From Gammaproteobacteria bacterium (GTDB lineage Bacteria; Pseudomonadota; Gammaproteobacteria; RBG-16-57-12), in NCBI GenBank assembly GCA_021647245.1, contig JAKIVC010000006.1, forward strand, positions 16,520-80,519: DNA of 64,000 bases. Reading direction: 5' to 3'. Under the pieces are notes generated by a model. The model did no database searches. It worked only from the letters and a program-made list of their open reading frames with translations, and was not told where the DNA came from. The position numbers and the translations under genes were made by a program. Positions 38,309-47,919 of this stretch are shown piece by piece. Every line of letters begins with the position of its first letter. Position 1 is the stretch's first letter.

Positions 38309-41152
38309 ATGTCTATACCGAAAAAAGGTACCTTGTTTTACCCGTTTCTGATGGGTGCGCTGCTTCTCTCCATAACCCTGCTTAGTGGTTGTGGCGGAAG
38401 TGAAAACAGCACTGCGGAGGGCGCGCCGGAGACGTTGCAGGAGGAGGCAATTGTGGCGACATCCAAGATCTCGAGTTATGTTCTGGTGGCGAGCACCCCA
38501 GTCGATGACACAACGGTACAATACACATATCTCGCCACCTTTGATAATGACAACTTTCCAGCAAGCCAAGTGACCGCACGCATTACCGAAAGCCCCGATG
38601 GTACTGTCATCGTTGATGGTACCTTGAGTTTCGACAATGTGGATGCCGGTGGTCGTCAGGTGAGTAGCAAAAGCTTTATTCTTCAACGTGATCTTAGCAA
38701 GCCATTTCATGTAAATGATCTCGTTTGGGTTATTGAGGCTCAGCGTGAAGCCAGCCTCAGTTTTGATGCTGAACAGTATGAGTTGCGAATGGGGGTTGGT
38801 GAGAGCCGCGATATCAGTTATCAACTGCTGGCCTTTAATCCGGATACCGTCATCACAGAAGTGAGCTTACGTGAAGAGGGTGGGGGCGCTTTGCAATTGA
38901 GCAGCCGTAATAGTGGCATCATTCGCCTGAACCCAGGCAGTAATAGCTTTCGGCTTAGCCAGAGTGTCAGCCCTCTGACAACCGGTCGTTTTGAATTAAC
39001 CCTCACTGCTACCTTGCCTAGTACGGGCTTGGAGCAGAGCGTGCGTATCAATATTATTGTTGAAGCCGACATGGATGGTGATGGTGTGCCGGATGAGATT
39101 GACCTGTGTGCCTATAGCACCTTGGGTGACTCCGTCGACAATAGTGGTTGTGCGGTGACCGACGTGGTTGATAGCAGTGCCTTTCGTGACTTGCAGATAG
39201 GTGAGATTATTTTTCGTGTGCAAGAGAATAATTTAGAAGAGCAGTACTTAAACGGCACACTCACCGGATTGCAGGCCAGTGGCTCACTCTTACTGCTGAC
39301 TCCTCTCGGTGATATTGTATTGAAAGAGGCTGAGTTGGTTTTTGAGTATGGTGCTTCCGGTGTGGGCGGTATCGAGCGCCTACGGGGTACAGCGCAAGTC
39401 CCCTTTCCCGATGTGGGAATGCTAGCTGATGCAGAGGTCGGTACGCCGGTGATGGCTGATGTGGGTTTGGATTATGGTCGTAATTTGTCTGACCTTGAAG
39501 CACCGTTGGTGGATGATCGCCAGTATCTGTTTTTCGACTTTAGCGCCGGCTTTGAGGCGACTGTTGGCCCTATTAGCTTTGAAGCGCCGGGTGGCAAAGC
39601 GGTCACCTTTGTTCTCGATCCATTAGACCCCTTCTTTTTCTTCACCGGCGACCTGCCCGGTTTATCTGATATTGGTGTTGAAGGCCTTGGAATTGCCATG
39701 TCACTACAGGGCTTGATTCCCTTTGCACCGGATACTACCTGGGGTATTAGTGAGGGTATTGGTAGCTTTGATGCCAACCTCTATCTGCAAGGTGTCATCC
39801 CCTTCGCACGCTGGCCGCTAAACCTTGATGGCTCGCTGGCAGTCGATGTTGATGTCAATGACGATGGACAGACGCTGTTTAATAGCTTTGCACCGGATGT
39901 GGAGTATGGGGGTAATGGTACCCTCAATGTGGGTGTCGATTTCTTGAGATTCTTTAGCTTTGGTTTTGAATTAGGCAGTGCCAGCTTGGGTATTAAAGTG
40001 ACCGATGGTGAGCAGAATGCCTACTTCAGCGGCATGCTTGATCCTGATACCGCTTTCTTGCCACAAGAGCTGGTGCCCATCCGCCCCAGCGCGGCGGTTA
40101 ATATGGCCGGTCTTATCAGTGACGATATTGCCAAGTCATTTTTGCGAGGTGAGGGTGAATTCAATCTCGATGCTTCGACCCTAGGGCGCTTGGTAGGCAT
40201 TAACCTCAACAACCTGAGTACGACCAACGCAACGTTTAGCGCTGATCGTGATGGTATAAACTTGACCGGTTATACGCGCACCAGCATCTACCCTGATGTG
40301 GGCTTTGATGGCGATGCCCAGCTAAATGCCAATTTTACGGGTTCTCCTACCGACTGGCGTATCGACATCACCGGTGATATGGCCATAGCCAATACGCCAA
40401 TTAGTGAGGGGCGGTTAGAGGTCAGTACGGCGGGCATGCTGGTGAGTGGTGAGTTTGTTACGCCGTTGACCCGTATCGGGATGCGTGGGCAGATTGATTC
40501 CAGTGGTATTGAGATGCGCGGCAATACCGGCATCACTATTCCGATTAGTGTTGTGGAGACGGTGGTTGAGTGGGTGGTGGATGCCGCCATTTGTGGTACC
40601 GAACGGGTGACCGATGCCGCCCGGTGCGGTCTCGATACGGTCACCAGTGGCGCTATTTGTGGCACTCAACTCGTAACCGATGGTGCTATTTGTGGTGTCC
40701 AGACCGTGACCAGCGCGGTGCAATGCGGTACTAGGAGCGTAACCAGTGCGGCTATTTGTGGAAGTCAATGGGTTACAGATATTGTCACTTGTGGTTGGAG
40801 TGTTATTACCGGCCAGGGCGGTTGTAATGTTGCCAGAACCTGTAATGTCGCCAATAGTTGTAGTGTTCCCAGCTCATGCAATATTGCCAACACCTGCTCG
40901 ATACCTGCAAGCTGTGATATCCCCCGTGGCTGTGATAACAGCACCAATATCACCCTTCCAAAAGGTGAGTTCCGTGGTGATATTGAACTGTTGCTGGGTA
41001 ATCAGGGTATCGGTGGTGAAGTGAGCGGTGACTACTGCTTTGCCGGTGATTGCACCACACTTAGCGGCGGTCGGGTTAGGGCGGGTAGCAGCGGATTGGA
41101 AGCGTGTATTACCATACCTGTTGGTATCGGCGAGGTGTGCGCGCCTATTTGA
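38309..41152 (+). CDS. Large lipoprotein of unknown function, 947 aa, with one TSP3-like calcium motif and a C-terminal cysteine-ladder repeat region
   Basis: Lipobox LLSGC. DMDGDGVPDEIDLC is a thrombospondin-type-3-like motif. The central region is long and beta-rich-looking. The C-terminus has 7 x 11-aa and about 6 x 6-aa Cys-periodic repeats. Confidence 0.8.
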   Translation: MSIPKKGTLFYPFLMGALLLSITLLSGCGGSENSTAEGAPETLQEEAIVATSKISSYVLVASTPVDDTTVQYTYLATFDNDNFPASQVTARITESPDGTVIVDGTLSFDNVDAGGRQVSSKSFILQRDLSKPFHVNDLVWVIEAQREASLSFDAEQYELRMGVGESRDISYQLLAFNPDTVITEVSLREEGGGALQLSSRNSGIIRLNPGSNSFRLSQSVSPLTTGRFELTLTATLPSTGLEQSVRINIIVEADMDGDGVPDEIDLCAYSTLGDSVDNSGCAVTDVVDSSAFRDLQIGEIIFRVQENNLEEQYLNGTLTGLQASGSLLLLTPLGDIVLKEAELVFEYGASGVGGIERLRGTAQVPFPDVGMLADAEVGTPVMADVGLDYGRNLSDLEAPLVDDRQYLFFDFSAGFEATVGPISFEAPGGKAVTFVLDPLDPFFFFTGDLPGLSDIGVEGLGIAMSLQGLIPFAPDTTWGISEGIGSFDANLYLQGVIPFARWPLNLDGSLAVDVDVNDDGQTLFNSFAPDVEYGGNGTLNVGVDFLRFFSFGFELGSASLGIKVTDGEQNAYFSGMLDPDTAFLPQELVPIRPSAAVNMAGLISDDIAKSFLRGEGEFNLDASTLGRLVGINLNNLSTTNATFSADRDGINLTGYTRTSIYPDVGFDGDAQLNANFTGSPTDWRIDITGDMAIANTPISEGRLEVSTAGMLVSGEFVTPLTRIGMRGQIDSSGIEMRGNTGITIPISVVETVVEWVVDAAICGTERVTDAARCGLDTVTSGAICGTQLVTDGAICGVQTVTSAVQCGTRSVTSAAICGSQWVTDIVTCGWSVITGQGGCNVARTCNVANSCSVPSSCNIANTCSIPASCDIPRGCDNSTNITLPKGEFRGDIELLLGNQGIGGEVSGDYCFAGDCTTLSGGRVRAGSSGLEACITIPVGIGEVCAPI
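40580..40947 (+). repeat. Coding tandem repeats: cysteine ladder
   Basis: AICGTERVTDA / ARCGLDTVTSG / AICGTQLVTDG / AICGVQTVTSA / VQCGTRSVTSA / AICGSQWVTDI / VTCGWSVITGQ, then CNVART CNVANS CSVPSS CNIANT CSIPAS CDIPRG CDN. Confidence 0.85.
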
Positions 41153-41224
41153 TCTAGAGCTTAATCGGGGGTGCTCTCACTTTTCACCTGCAACGTGGGT
41201 ACCTCTGATTTATAGGATGACTAA

Positions 41225-41267
41225 ACTCATCCCCAGATAGCATTTTTAGTGTTATTTGGGGATGAGT
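41225..41267. repeat. Perfect 11-bp inverted repeat (ACTCATCCCCA ... TGGGGATGAGT, 21-nt spacer) between convergent genes; IS-end-related mini-palindrome and/or bidirectional terminator
   Basis: Read directly from the sequence. The left arm continues ...CATCCCCAGATAG, resembling the IS/MITE terminal motif. Confidence 0.6.
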
Positions 41268-41278
41268 CATTTTGGGCT

Positions 41279-42355
41279 TTATGGGGTGTTTTGGTGCTGG
41301 GCTAACGCCCAGGCAACGTGTTCTCTGATCAACTCACTTTTATCATCCGCTCTCTCTAGCAGGGCGCTGATGATTTGCTCACTGCTTGGTGCATTCCCCA
41401 GTGCCACGGCAATGTTGCGTATCCAGCGGGTGTGACCAATACGGCGAATTGGCGAGCCGGCCATATTGTCGAGAAAGGTTGCTTCACTCCATAAAAACAG
41501 TTCGATCAGCTCCGGTTCTGCCAGTCCATGACGGGGTAGAAAATCCTGCTCACGGCTATAGCGGGCAAAGCGGTTCCACGGGCAGGCGAGTTGGCAATCA
41601 TCACAGCCATATATTCTGTTGCCGATGGCTTTGCGGAATTCGATGGGGATGACGCCGTGCAGCTCAATGGTCAGGTAAGAGATGCAACGACGGCCATCCA
41701 CCTGATAAGGCGCGACAATGGCCTGGGTAGGGCAGAGATCAATACAGGCCGTGCAGCGGCCGCAGTGGTTTTCAGCGCGGCTTTCTATATCAATGGGGAG
41801 TGGTAGGTCAGTGTAGAGTTCACCCAGAAAAAACCACGAGCCCGCCTGTCGGTTGATCAGGTTGCTGTGCTTACCGATCCAGCCAAGCCCCGCTTTTTCG
41901 GCCAACGCCTTTTCCAATACCGGGGCACTGTCTACAAAGGCGCGATAGCCAAACGCCCCCACCTGCTGTTGAATGTAGTCGGCCAGTTGCTGCAACCGTT
42001 TACGCACCACCTTGTGGTAATCCCGCCCGAGGGCGTAGCGTGAAATGTAGCCGCTGTCCGGTTGTTGTAGTAGCTTGCCTGCAATGACCCCATCGGGTGG
42101 CAGGTAGTCCATCCGTACTGAGATGATGCGCAGAGTGCCCGGTTCCAGCTCGGCGGGACGGCTACGCTTGTTGCCATGGCGCGCCATGTAGTCCATTTCG
42201 CCGTGGTAGCCCTTCTCCAACCAGCGGTTCAGGTGCTGCTCGGCATCGTCTAACTGGCAGTCAGCGACCCCCAGTTGCTGAAAGCCGAGTTGGAGCGATT
42301 TTTGTCTGATTTTTATCAGCAGTGCTTGATTATCATTATGTTTTTTTTCGGGCAT
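41279..42355 (-). CDS. queG: Epoxyqueuosine reductase
   Basis: Two 4Fe-4S ferredoxin motifs (CGRCTACIDLCPT, CDDCQLACPWN), a C-terminal HEAT-like tail, and typical length. Confidence 0.93.
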   Translation of the reverse strand: MPEKKHNDNQALLIKIRQKSLQLGFQQLGVADCQLDDAEQHLNRWLEKGYHGEMDYMARHGNKRSRPAELEPGTLRIISVRMDYLPPDGVIAGKLLQQPDSGYISRYALGRDYHKVVRKRLQQLADYIQQQVGAFGYRAFVDSAPVLEKALAEKAGLGWIGKHSNLINRQAGSWFFLGELYTDLPLPIDIESRAENHCGRCTACIDLCPTQAIVAPYQVDGRRCISYLTIELHGVIPIEFRKAIGNRIYGCDDCQLACPWNRFARYSREQDFLPRHGLAEPELIELFLWSEATFLDNMAGSPIRRIGHTRWIRNIAVALGNAPSSEQIISALLERADDKSELIREHVAWALAQHQNTP

Positions 42356-42373
42356 AGTGGTTATGATAGCGCT

Positions 42374-43852
42374 ATGGACTCACTTCCTCACACACTTTAT
42401 TCCGCACAGCAGACCCGGGCGCTGGACGCGTTAGCGATTGAGAGTGGCCTTCCCGGCATTGAGCTGATGGAGCGTGCTGGAGAGGCCGCGTTTAAGCTGC
42501 TCAAAGCGTGCTGGCCTAACGCACAAAAAATTGCGGTAGTTTGTGGCGGCGGTAATAATGGTGGTGATGGTTTTGTGGTGGCACGTCTAGCACAGCAGGC
42601 GGGGGATTCGGTAACACTTTTTCTACTGCAAAAGCCGACGCGACTGAAGGGTGAGGCCGCTGAGGCGTTCGAGAGGCTCAAGCACAGCTCCGTCACACGG
42701 GTGTATGGCCTGCCAGAGGCGCTTGATAGTTTTGATGTGGTGGTTGATGCGTTACTGGGCAGCGGCTTGGCCGCGACGGTGCGTGGTGAAGTTGCCGATG
42801 CGATTGAGCGGATAAACCAAGCGACAAAGCCGGTTTTATCGCTGGACCTTCCCTCCGGGCTAAATGCCGACAGCGGTCAGGTGATGGGGTGCGGAGTCAA
42901 GGCTTCAGTAACTATCAGTTTCATTGGTCTGAAGCGCGGACTGTTGACGGGGGTGGGGCCGGGTTATAGCGGTGAGCTCCACTTCTCTGATCTGGCGCTC
43001 CCCGAGGCTCTATTTTTGCAGCTAAACAGTGGTGTTGAGCGGGTCGATTACGCCTCACTCAAGCATTTGATTCGACCCAGGCCAGCTTACGCCCACAAGG
43101 GGATGTGTGGGCACCTGTTGTTGGTGGGGGGTGAGCTGGGCATGAGTGGTGCAATTCGCCTAGCCGGAGAGGCCGCATTGCGAGGAGGGAGTGGACTGGT
43201 CTCCATAGCCACCCGCAAAGCGCATGCACCGCTGATCACAGCACAGCGTCCTGAATTGATGAGTCATGGCGTTGAAAATGAAGCGCAACTCTCACCACTT
43301 TTTGCCCGTGCGGAGGTGATCGCTTGCGGGCCTGGACTTGGGATGAACCGCTGGGGAGAGGTAATGCTGGCGCAGGTTTTAGCGCAACCCCAGCCGTTAG
43401 TGCTGGATGCGGATGCTTTGAACCTGTTGGCCCAGAACCCGCACAGGCGGGGAAATTGGCTATTAACCCCCCACCCCGCTGAAGCCGCGCGGTTGCTCTC
43501 CATTTCAACTGCCGAGGTGAGCGCGGATCGTTTTGCGGCGGTGAGTGCATTGCAGCAACGTTATGGTGGTTATGTGCTGCTTAAGGGGGCGGGTACACTG
43601 ATGTGCGACCCTTCGGGTGGCATAAAGCTGTGTAGCGGTGGCAACCCCGGAATGGCGAGTGGGGGCATGGGTGATCTGTTGAGCGGATTGTTAGCAGCGT
43701 TGATTGCACAGGGCGTGACACTTGCTCAAGCGCTTCCTTTGGGGGTTGCTATCCATGCCGCAGCAGGTGATGGTGCCGCAGGCCATGCACCACGAGGTTT
43801 ATTGGCCAGTGATCTGCTTCCTCACCTTCGTCAGTTGGTGAACCCGTCATGA
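42374..43852 (+). CDS. nnr: Bifunctional NAD(P)H-hydrate repair enzyme (epimerase/dehydratase, YjeF)
   Basis: YjeF_N (VVCGGGNNGGDGFVVAR) and the carbohydrate-kinase C-terminal domain (GGNPGMASGGMGDLLSG). Start reset to the Met at 42374. The ORF extension overlaps the queG promoter region. Confidence 0.92.
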   Translation: MDSLPHTLYSAQQTRALDALAIESGLPGIELMERAGEAAFKLLKACWPNAQKIAVVCGGGNNGGDGFVVARLAQQAGDSVTLFLLQKPTRLKGEAAEAFERLKHSSVTRVYGLPEALDSFDVVVDALLGSGLAATVRGEVADAIERINQATKPVLSLDLPSGLNADSGQVMGCGVKASVTISFIGLKRGLLTGVGPGYSGELHFSDLALPEALFLQLNSGVERVDYASLKHLIRPRPAYAHKGMCGHLLLVGGELGMSGAIRLAGEAALRGGSGLVSIATRKAHAPLITAQRPELMSHGVENEAQLSPLFARAEVIACGPGLGMNRWGEVMLAQVLAQPQPLVLDADALNLLAQNPHRRGNWLLTPHPAEAARLLSISTAEVSADRFAAVSALQQRYGGYVLLKGAGTLMCDPSGGIKLCSGGNPGMASGGMGDLLSGLLAALIAQGVTLAQALPLGVAIHAAAGDGAAGHAPRGLLASDLLPHLRQLVNPS

Positions 43853-43994
43853 TGAATGGGCGTATTCATCTTTTACCTCAACTCTTCGTTATTTTCGTAC
43901 CCAATCGGTCACATATGCCCTATATGCTCTCTCTTTCCGTGCGAAAAGGCCTCGATTTGAAGAAAAATCTAAACACGCTGAATAGTTACTCACA

Positions 43995-44459
43995 ATGATG
44001 GATGAAAAAAACATTTTTCTGGCAGATGAGCAGGCGACTCTAAATTTGGGTAGTGAACTCTCAGCGGCATGTGCCTCGGGGGCGATAATTTACCTGTACG
44101 GTGATTTGGGGGCGGGTAAAACCACCCTGGTTCGCGGTATTTTACAGGCGCTGGGTTATCAGGGGCCGGTGAAAAGCCCCACTTATACCTTAGTTGAACC
44201 CTATGAGTTGGCTGGTCAATCTGTCTATCATTTTGACCTCTATCGATTAGCGGATCCTGAAGAGCTGGAGTATATGGGGATTCGTGACTATTTTTCAGAT
44301 TGTGGTGAGCTTTGTCTGGTGGAGTGGCCGCAGTGTGGCCAGGGTATTTTACCCGCTGCTGATCTGGATATTTACCTCGACTACCAGCTTCCTGCACGCA
44401 GTGCTCGGTTGTTGGTACGGAGTGAAAAAGGGCGGACTATTCTTGCTCAGTTGGATTGA
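43995..44459 (+). CDS. tsaE: tRNA t6A37 biosynthesis ATPase TsaE (YjeE)
   Basis: [13 protein letters not shown] Walker [10 protein letters not shown], and HFDLYRL motifs. Confidence 0.93.
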   Translation: MMDEKNIFLADEQATLNLGSELSAACASGAIIYLYGDLGAGKTTLVRGILQALGYQGPVKSPTYTLVEPYELAGQSVYHFDLYRLADPEELEYMGIRDYFSDCGELCLVEWPQCGQGILPAADLDIYLDYQLPARSARLLVRSEKGRTILAQLD

Positions 44460-44602
44460 AAAGAGTTGTTTTTAGTAGCCGCTTAATGGTGTTTGGTAGG
44501 TTTCTTTTTTAACTTATTGATTTTAAAAAGGTTTAAAATCTTGAAAAGTAGGCGTTCTCGGTTCAGAATTTAGAGGTGATTAACTATCCCTGAGTGCGAG
44601 GC

Positions 44603-45943
44603 ATGATGACCCGAGTTTTGTTACTGTTTTTGTTGCTCTGCTTACCGCTGGCCGCTTTTGCCGAGCAGCAGGTGAAAGAGCTGCGTGCCAGTGCTGATCA
44701 TAACGCTACTCGTATTGTTATCGACCTGAGCAATCGCGTCGATTATCAGATCTTCACCCTTGGCAATCCTCACCGTGTGGTGGTAGATATCGCCGATACT
44801 CGCCTCGATGCCACAATTAACCAGCGTGCCTTGATTCACGGGCCGATTCAACATGTACGCTTTGGCACCCGTAAAGGGGATGACCTGCGTATCGTTCTGG
44901 ATGTAAATCAGAAGGTAGTGCCAAAATCTTTTCTTTTGGAGCCACAAGGGGGGGCTGGCTATCGTCTAGTGATCGATTTTCCGGGGGTAGGGGAGTCGGC
45001 AGAGCAACGTGTGGCAAAAAAGCAGACGACGGCTGTAGCCAAGCCAAAGCATGTGTCAAAAACAGCACCACAAAGCTATCGTGATGTGGTGGTGGTGATC
45101 GATGCTGGTCATGGCGGTAAGGATGTCGGGGCGATTGGTGCAGCCGGTACCTACGAGAAAAACATTGTCTTGGCGGTTTCGAAAAAACTTGCCAAGTTGA
45201 TCAATGCACAGCCTGGTATGCGGGCTGTTTTAACCCGTGAAGACGATCATTTTTTAACACTACGTGAGCGTACCCGAATTGCCCGCGACAACCATGCTGA
45301 TCTGTTTGTCTCGATTCATGCCGACTCATTCAGCTCCCACCGTGCTAAAGGATCATCGGTTTACGCGCTATCCCAGCGGGGTGCTAGTAGCGAGGCAGCA
45401 CGCCTGCTTGCCGAGAAAGAGAATGCGGCTGACTTGATTGCCGGTACCGATGCTGATGAAGAGAACGAGATGCTGCGCTCGGTTCTATTAGACCTCTCCC
45501 AGACCGGAGCTATTAAGGAGAGCATTGCAGTGGGTGAGCGAGTATTGCGCAAGATGGGCCAAGTTAATAAATTACATAAAAACCAGGTGGAGCAGGCTGG
45601 TTTTGCGGTACTTAAAGCACATGACGTACCCTCGATATTGATTGAGCTGGCTTTTCTCTCTAACCCAGGTGAAGAGCGCCGTCTTAAAGATCACAAGCAT
45701 CAAGATAAACTGGCACGCTCAATTTGGGCGGGTGTGCATGACTATTTTGTCGATACGCCACCGCCCGGTACGCTGCTGGCACTTAATGATGCCAAGCATA
45801 TTATTCGCTCGGGCGAGACACTCAGTGGTTTAGCTCACCGCTATCGGGTGAGTATGGATGCGATCCGCTCTGCAAATGCACTGCGTAGTGACCGACTGCG
45901 CATCGGGCAGGCCATTCTCATCCCAACGTATGTTGACGGCTGA
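44603..45943 (+). CDS. amiB: N-acetylmuramoyl-L-alanine amidase with AMIN and LysM domains
   Basis: Signal peptide, AMIN-like N-domain (RIVIDLS...YQIFTLGNPHRVVVDI), Amidase_3 core (VVIDAGHGGKDVGA...SIHADS), and a C-terminal LysM. tsaE-amiB-mutL synteny. Confidence 0.88.
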   Translation: MMTRVLLLFLLLCLPLAAFAEQQVKELRASADHNATRIVIDLSNRVDYQIFTLGNPHRVVVDIADTRLDATINQRALIHGPIQHVRFGTRKGDDLRIVLDVNQKVVPKSFLLEPQGGAGYRLVIDFPGVGESAEQRVAKKQTTAVAKPKHVSKTAPQSYRDVVVVIDAGHGGKDVGAIGAAGTYEKNIVLAVSKKLAKLINAQPGMRAVLTREDDHFLTLRERTRIARDNHADLFVSIHADSFSSHRAKGSSVYALSQRGASSEAARLLAEKENAADLIAGTDADEENEMLRSVLLDLSQTGAIKESIAVGERVLRKMGQVNKLHKNQVEQAGFAVLKAHDVPSILIELAFLSNPGEERRLKDHKHQDKLARSIWAGVHDYFVDTPPPGTLLALNDAKHIIRSGETLSGLAHRYRVSMDAIRSANALRSDRLRIGQAILIPTYVDG

Positions 45944-46000
45944 TTCACGCTTTTTGCTGTGTTAGAATACCGCACACTTACATGACGTGTGCACGCTGCT

Positions 46001-47848
46001 ATGAAATCAAGCCAACCCGCTCCCCGTATACGCCCCTTGTCTACCCAGGTCTCAAACCAAATTGCCGCAGGTGAGGTGGTCGAGCGCCCGGCTTCTGTGG
46101 TTAAGGAGCTGATGGAAAACGCGTTGGATGCCGGTGCCGATAAAATCGAGTTGGAAGTGGAGCAGGGCGGTATCAAGCTGATTCGTATCCGCGATAATGG
46201 TTGTGGTATCCATAAAGATGATTTGACACTGGCGCTGTGTCGGCACGCTACCAGTAAAATTAGTCGAGCTGAAGATCTTGAGGAGGTGGCGACACTGGGC
46301 TTTCGAGGCGAAGCGCTACCCAGTATCAGCTCGGTGTCGCGTCTTAAAATTGATTCCCGTACAGCGACGGAAGAGTGTGGGTGGAGCATTCAGGGTGATG
46401 GTAGTGATGTCAGCAGTGCGCCGGAGCCGGTGGCTCATCCACCCGGAACGACACTGGAAATTCGTGATCTTTTCTACAATTTACCGGCGCGACGGAAATT
46501 CTTACGCACCGAAAAAACAGAATTCAATCATCTGGATGAAGTGGTAAAGCGCATTGCGCTGAGTCGCCACGATGTAGCGATTACCGTTCATCACAACAGT
46601 AAGCGGGTGAAGGGCTACCGTGCCGCGAATGATGCTGCTTCACATCGTCAGCGTATCGCGGCCATCTGCGGTTCAGGCTTTGTTGAGCATGCCATCACTA
46701 TCGATTTTGAGGCAGCCGGTTTGCATCTTACCGGCTGGATTGCCGAGCCTGCTTTTTCCCGGAGCCAAGCCGACCAGCAATACTTTTTTGTAAACGGCCG
46801 CGTGGTGCGAGATAAATTGATCACCCACGCGATTCGTCAAGCTTATAAAGATGTGCTTTTTCAGGGGCGACACCCGGCTTATATTCTCTATTTGGAGATT
46901 GAGCCGATATTAGTGGATGTGAATGTTCACCCGACCAAGCACGAAGTGCGTTTTCGCGAGGGGCGTTTGGTTCATGATTTTCTGTTTCGATCGATTCATC
47001 AAGGGTTGGCCGCCGTTCGCCCCGGTGATCGTCCAGAGGTTATTGAACACCCCGTTGGCGATGTTGCGCCACCGCTGAGTCTGGCCGCAGTGGGTGAAAA
47101 CGCCACACCACAGGGCACCGCATTTAACCCACAAAGTCAGCAACGGATGCCCTTGAAGGTGATGGAGCAGGTTGCCCTTTATGGCAAGCTACACGCGGGT
47201 GCGGCATCGTCAGGTAGAGGGGGGCTGCCGCAATCTTTTAACGGCGACCTAGAGGGCGATGAAGTGCCGCCTTTGGGTTATGCGGTTGCGCAGATACACG
47301 GTGTCTATATTATTTCCCAAAACAGCCAGGGAATGGTGATTGTTGATATGCATGCGGCCCACGAGCGAATCACTTATGAGCGAATGAAGTGCTCGATGCA
47401 GAGCGATGGGATTAAATCCCAGCCACTGCTGGTTCCCATTAATATGGCGGTCAGTGAGTGTGAGGCGCGCCTGGTTGAGGAGCGTGGTGAGCTCTTTAGT
47501 GATTTTGGCTTTGAGCTTTCACCCGCAGGGCCGCAAAGTATCGTGATACGTCAGGTGCCCACTATTTTAAAAGATGCGAATGCAGAGCAGCTGGTAAGGG
47601 ATTTGCTGGCGGATGTGCTGGTGCATGGCAGCTCGCGGCGTGTTGAGCAGGAGATGAATGAGATTTTGGGTACCATGGCATGCCATGGGTCAGTGCGCGC
47701 TAACCGTCAGTTGGCCCTGCCTGAAATGAATGCGTTGCTGCGGGATATGGAACAGACTGAGCGCAGCGGCCAGTGTAATCACGGCAGACCCACCTGGACT
47801 CAGCTCGCCATGGCTGATCTGGATAAACTCTTTATGCGTGGCCAGTAG
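46001..47848 (+). CDS. mutL: DNA mismatch repair protein MutL
   Basis: NQIAAGEVVERPASVVKELMENALDAG, GFRGEAL, and C-terminal CNHGRPT motifs. Confidence 0.96.
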   Translation: MKSSQPAPRIRPLSTQVSNQIAAGEVVERPASVVKELMENALDAGADKIELEVEQGGIKLIRIRDNGCGIHKDDLTLALCRHATSKISRAEDLEEVATLGFRGEALPSISSVSRLKIDSRTATEECGWSIQGDGSDVSSAPEPVAHPPGTTLEIRDLFYNLPARRKFLRTEKTEFNHLDEVVKRIALSRHDVAITVHHNSKRVKGYRAANDAASHRQRIAAICGSGFVEHAITIDFEAAGLHLTGWIAEPAFSRSQADQQYFFVNGRVVRDKLITHAIRQAYKDVLFQGRHPAYILYLEIEPILVDVNVHPTKHEVRFREGRLVHDFLFRSIHQGLAAVRPGDRPEVIEHPVGDVAPPLSLAAVGENATPQGTAFNPQSQQRMPLKVMEQVALYGKLHAGAASSGRGGLPQSFNGDLEGDEVPPLGYAVAQIHGVYIISQNSQGMVIVDMHAAHERITYERMKCSMQSDGIKSQPLLVPINMAVSECEARLVEERGELFSDFGFELSPAGPQSIVIRQVPTILKDANAEQLVRDLLADVLVHGSSRRVEQEMNEILGTMACHGSVRANRQLALPEMNALLRDMEQTERSGQCNHGRPTWTQLAMADLDKLFMRGQ

Positions 47849-47919
47849 TCACTCTAATCCCTAGGGATTTAGAGTATAATAGAATCAGTTTAATTTAATA
47901 TTTTCGATTTGGAGTTTTC

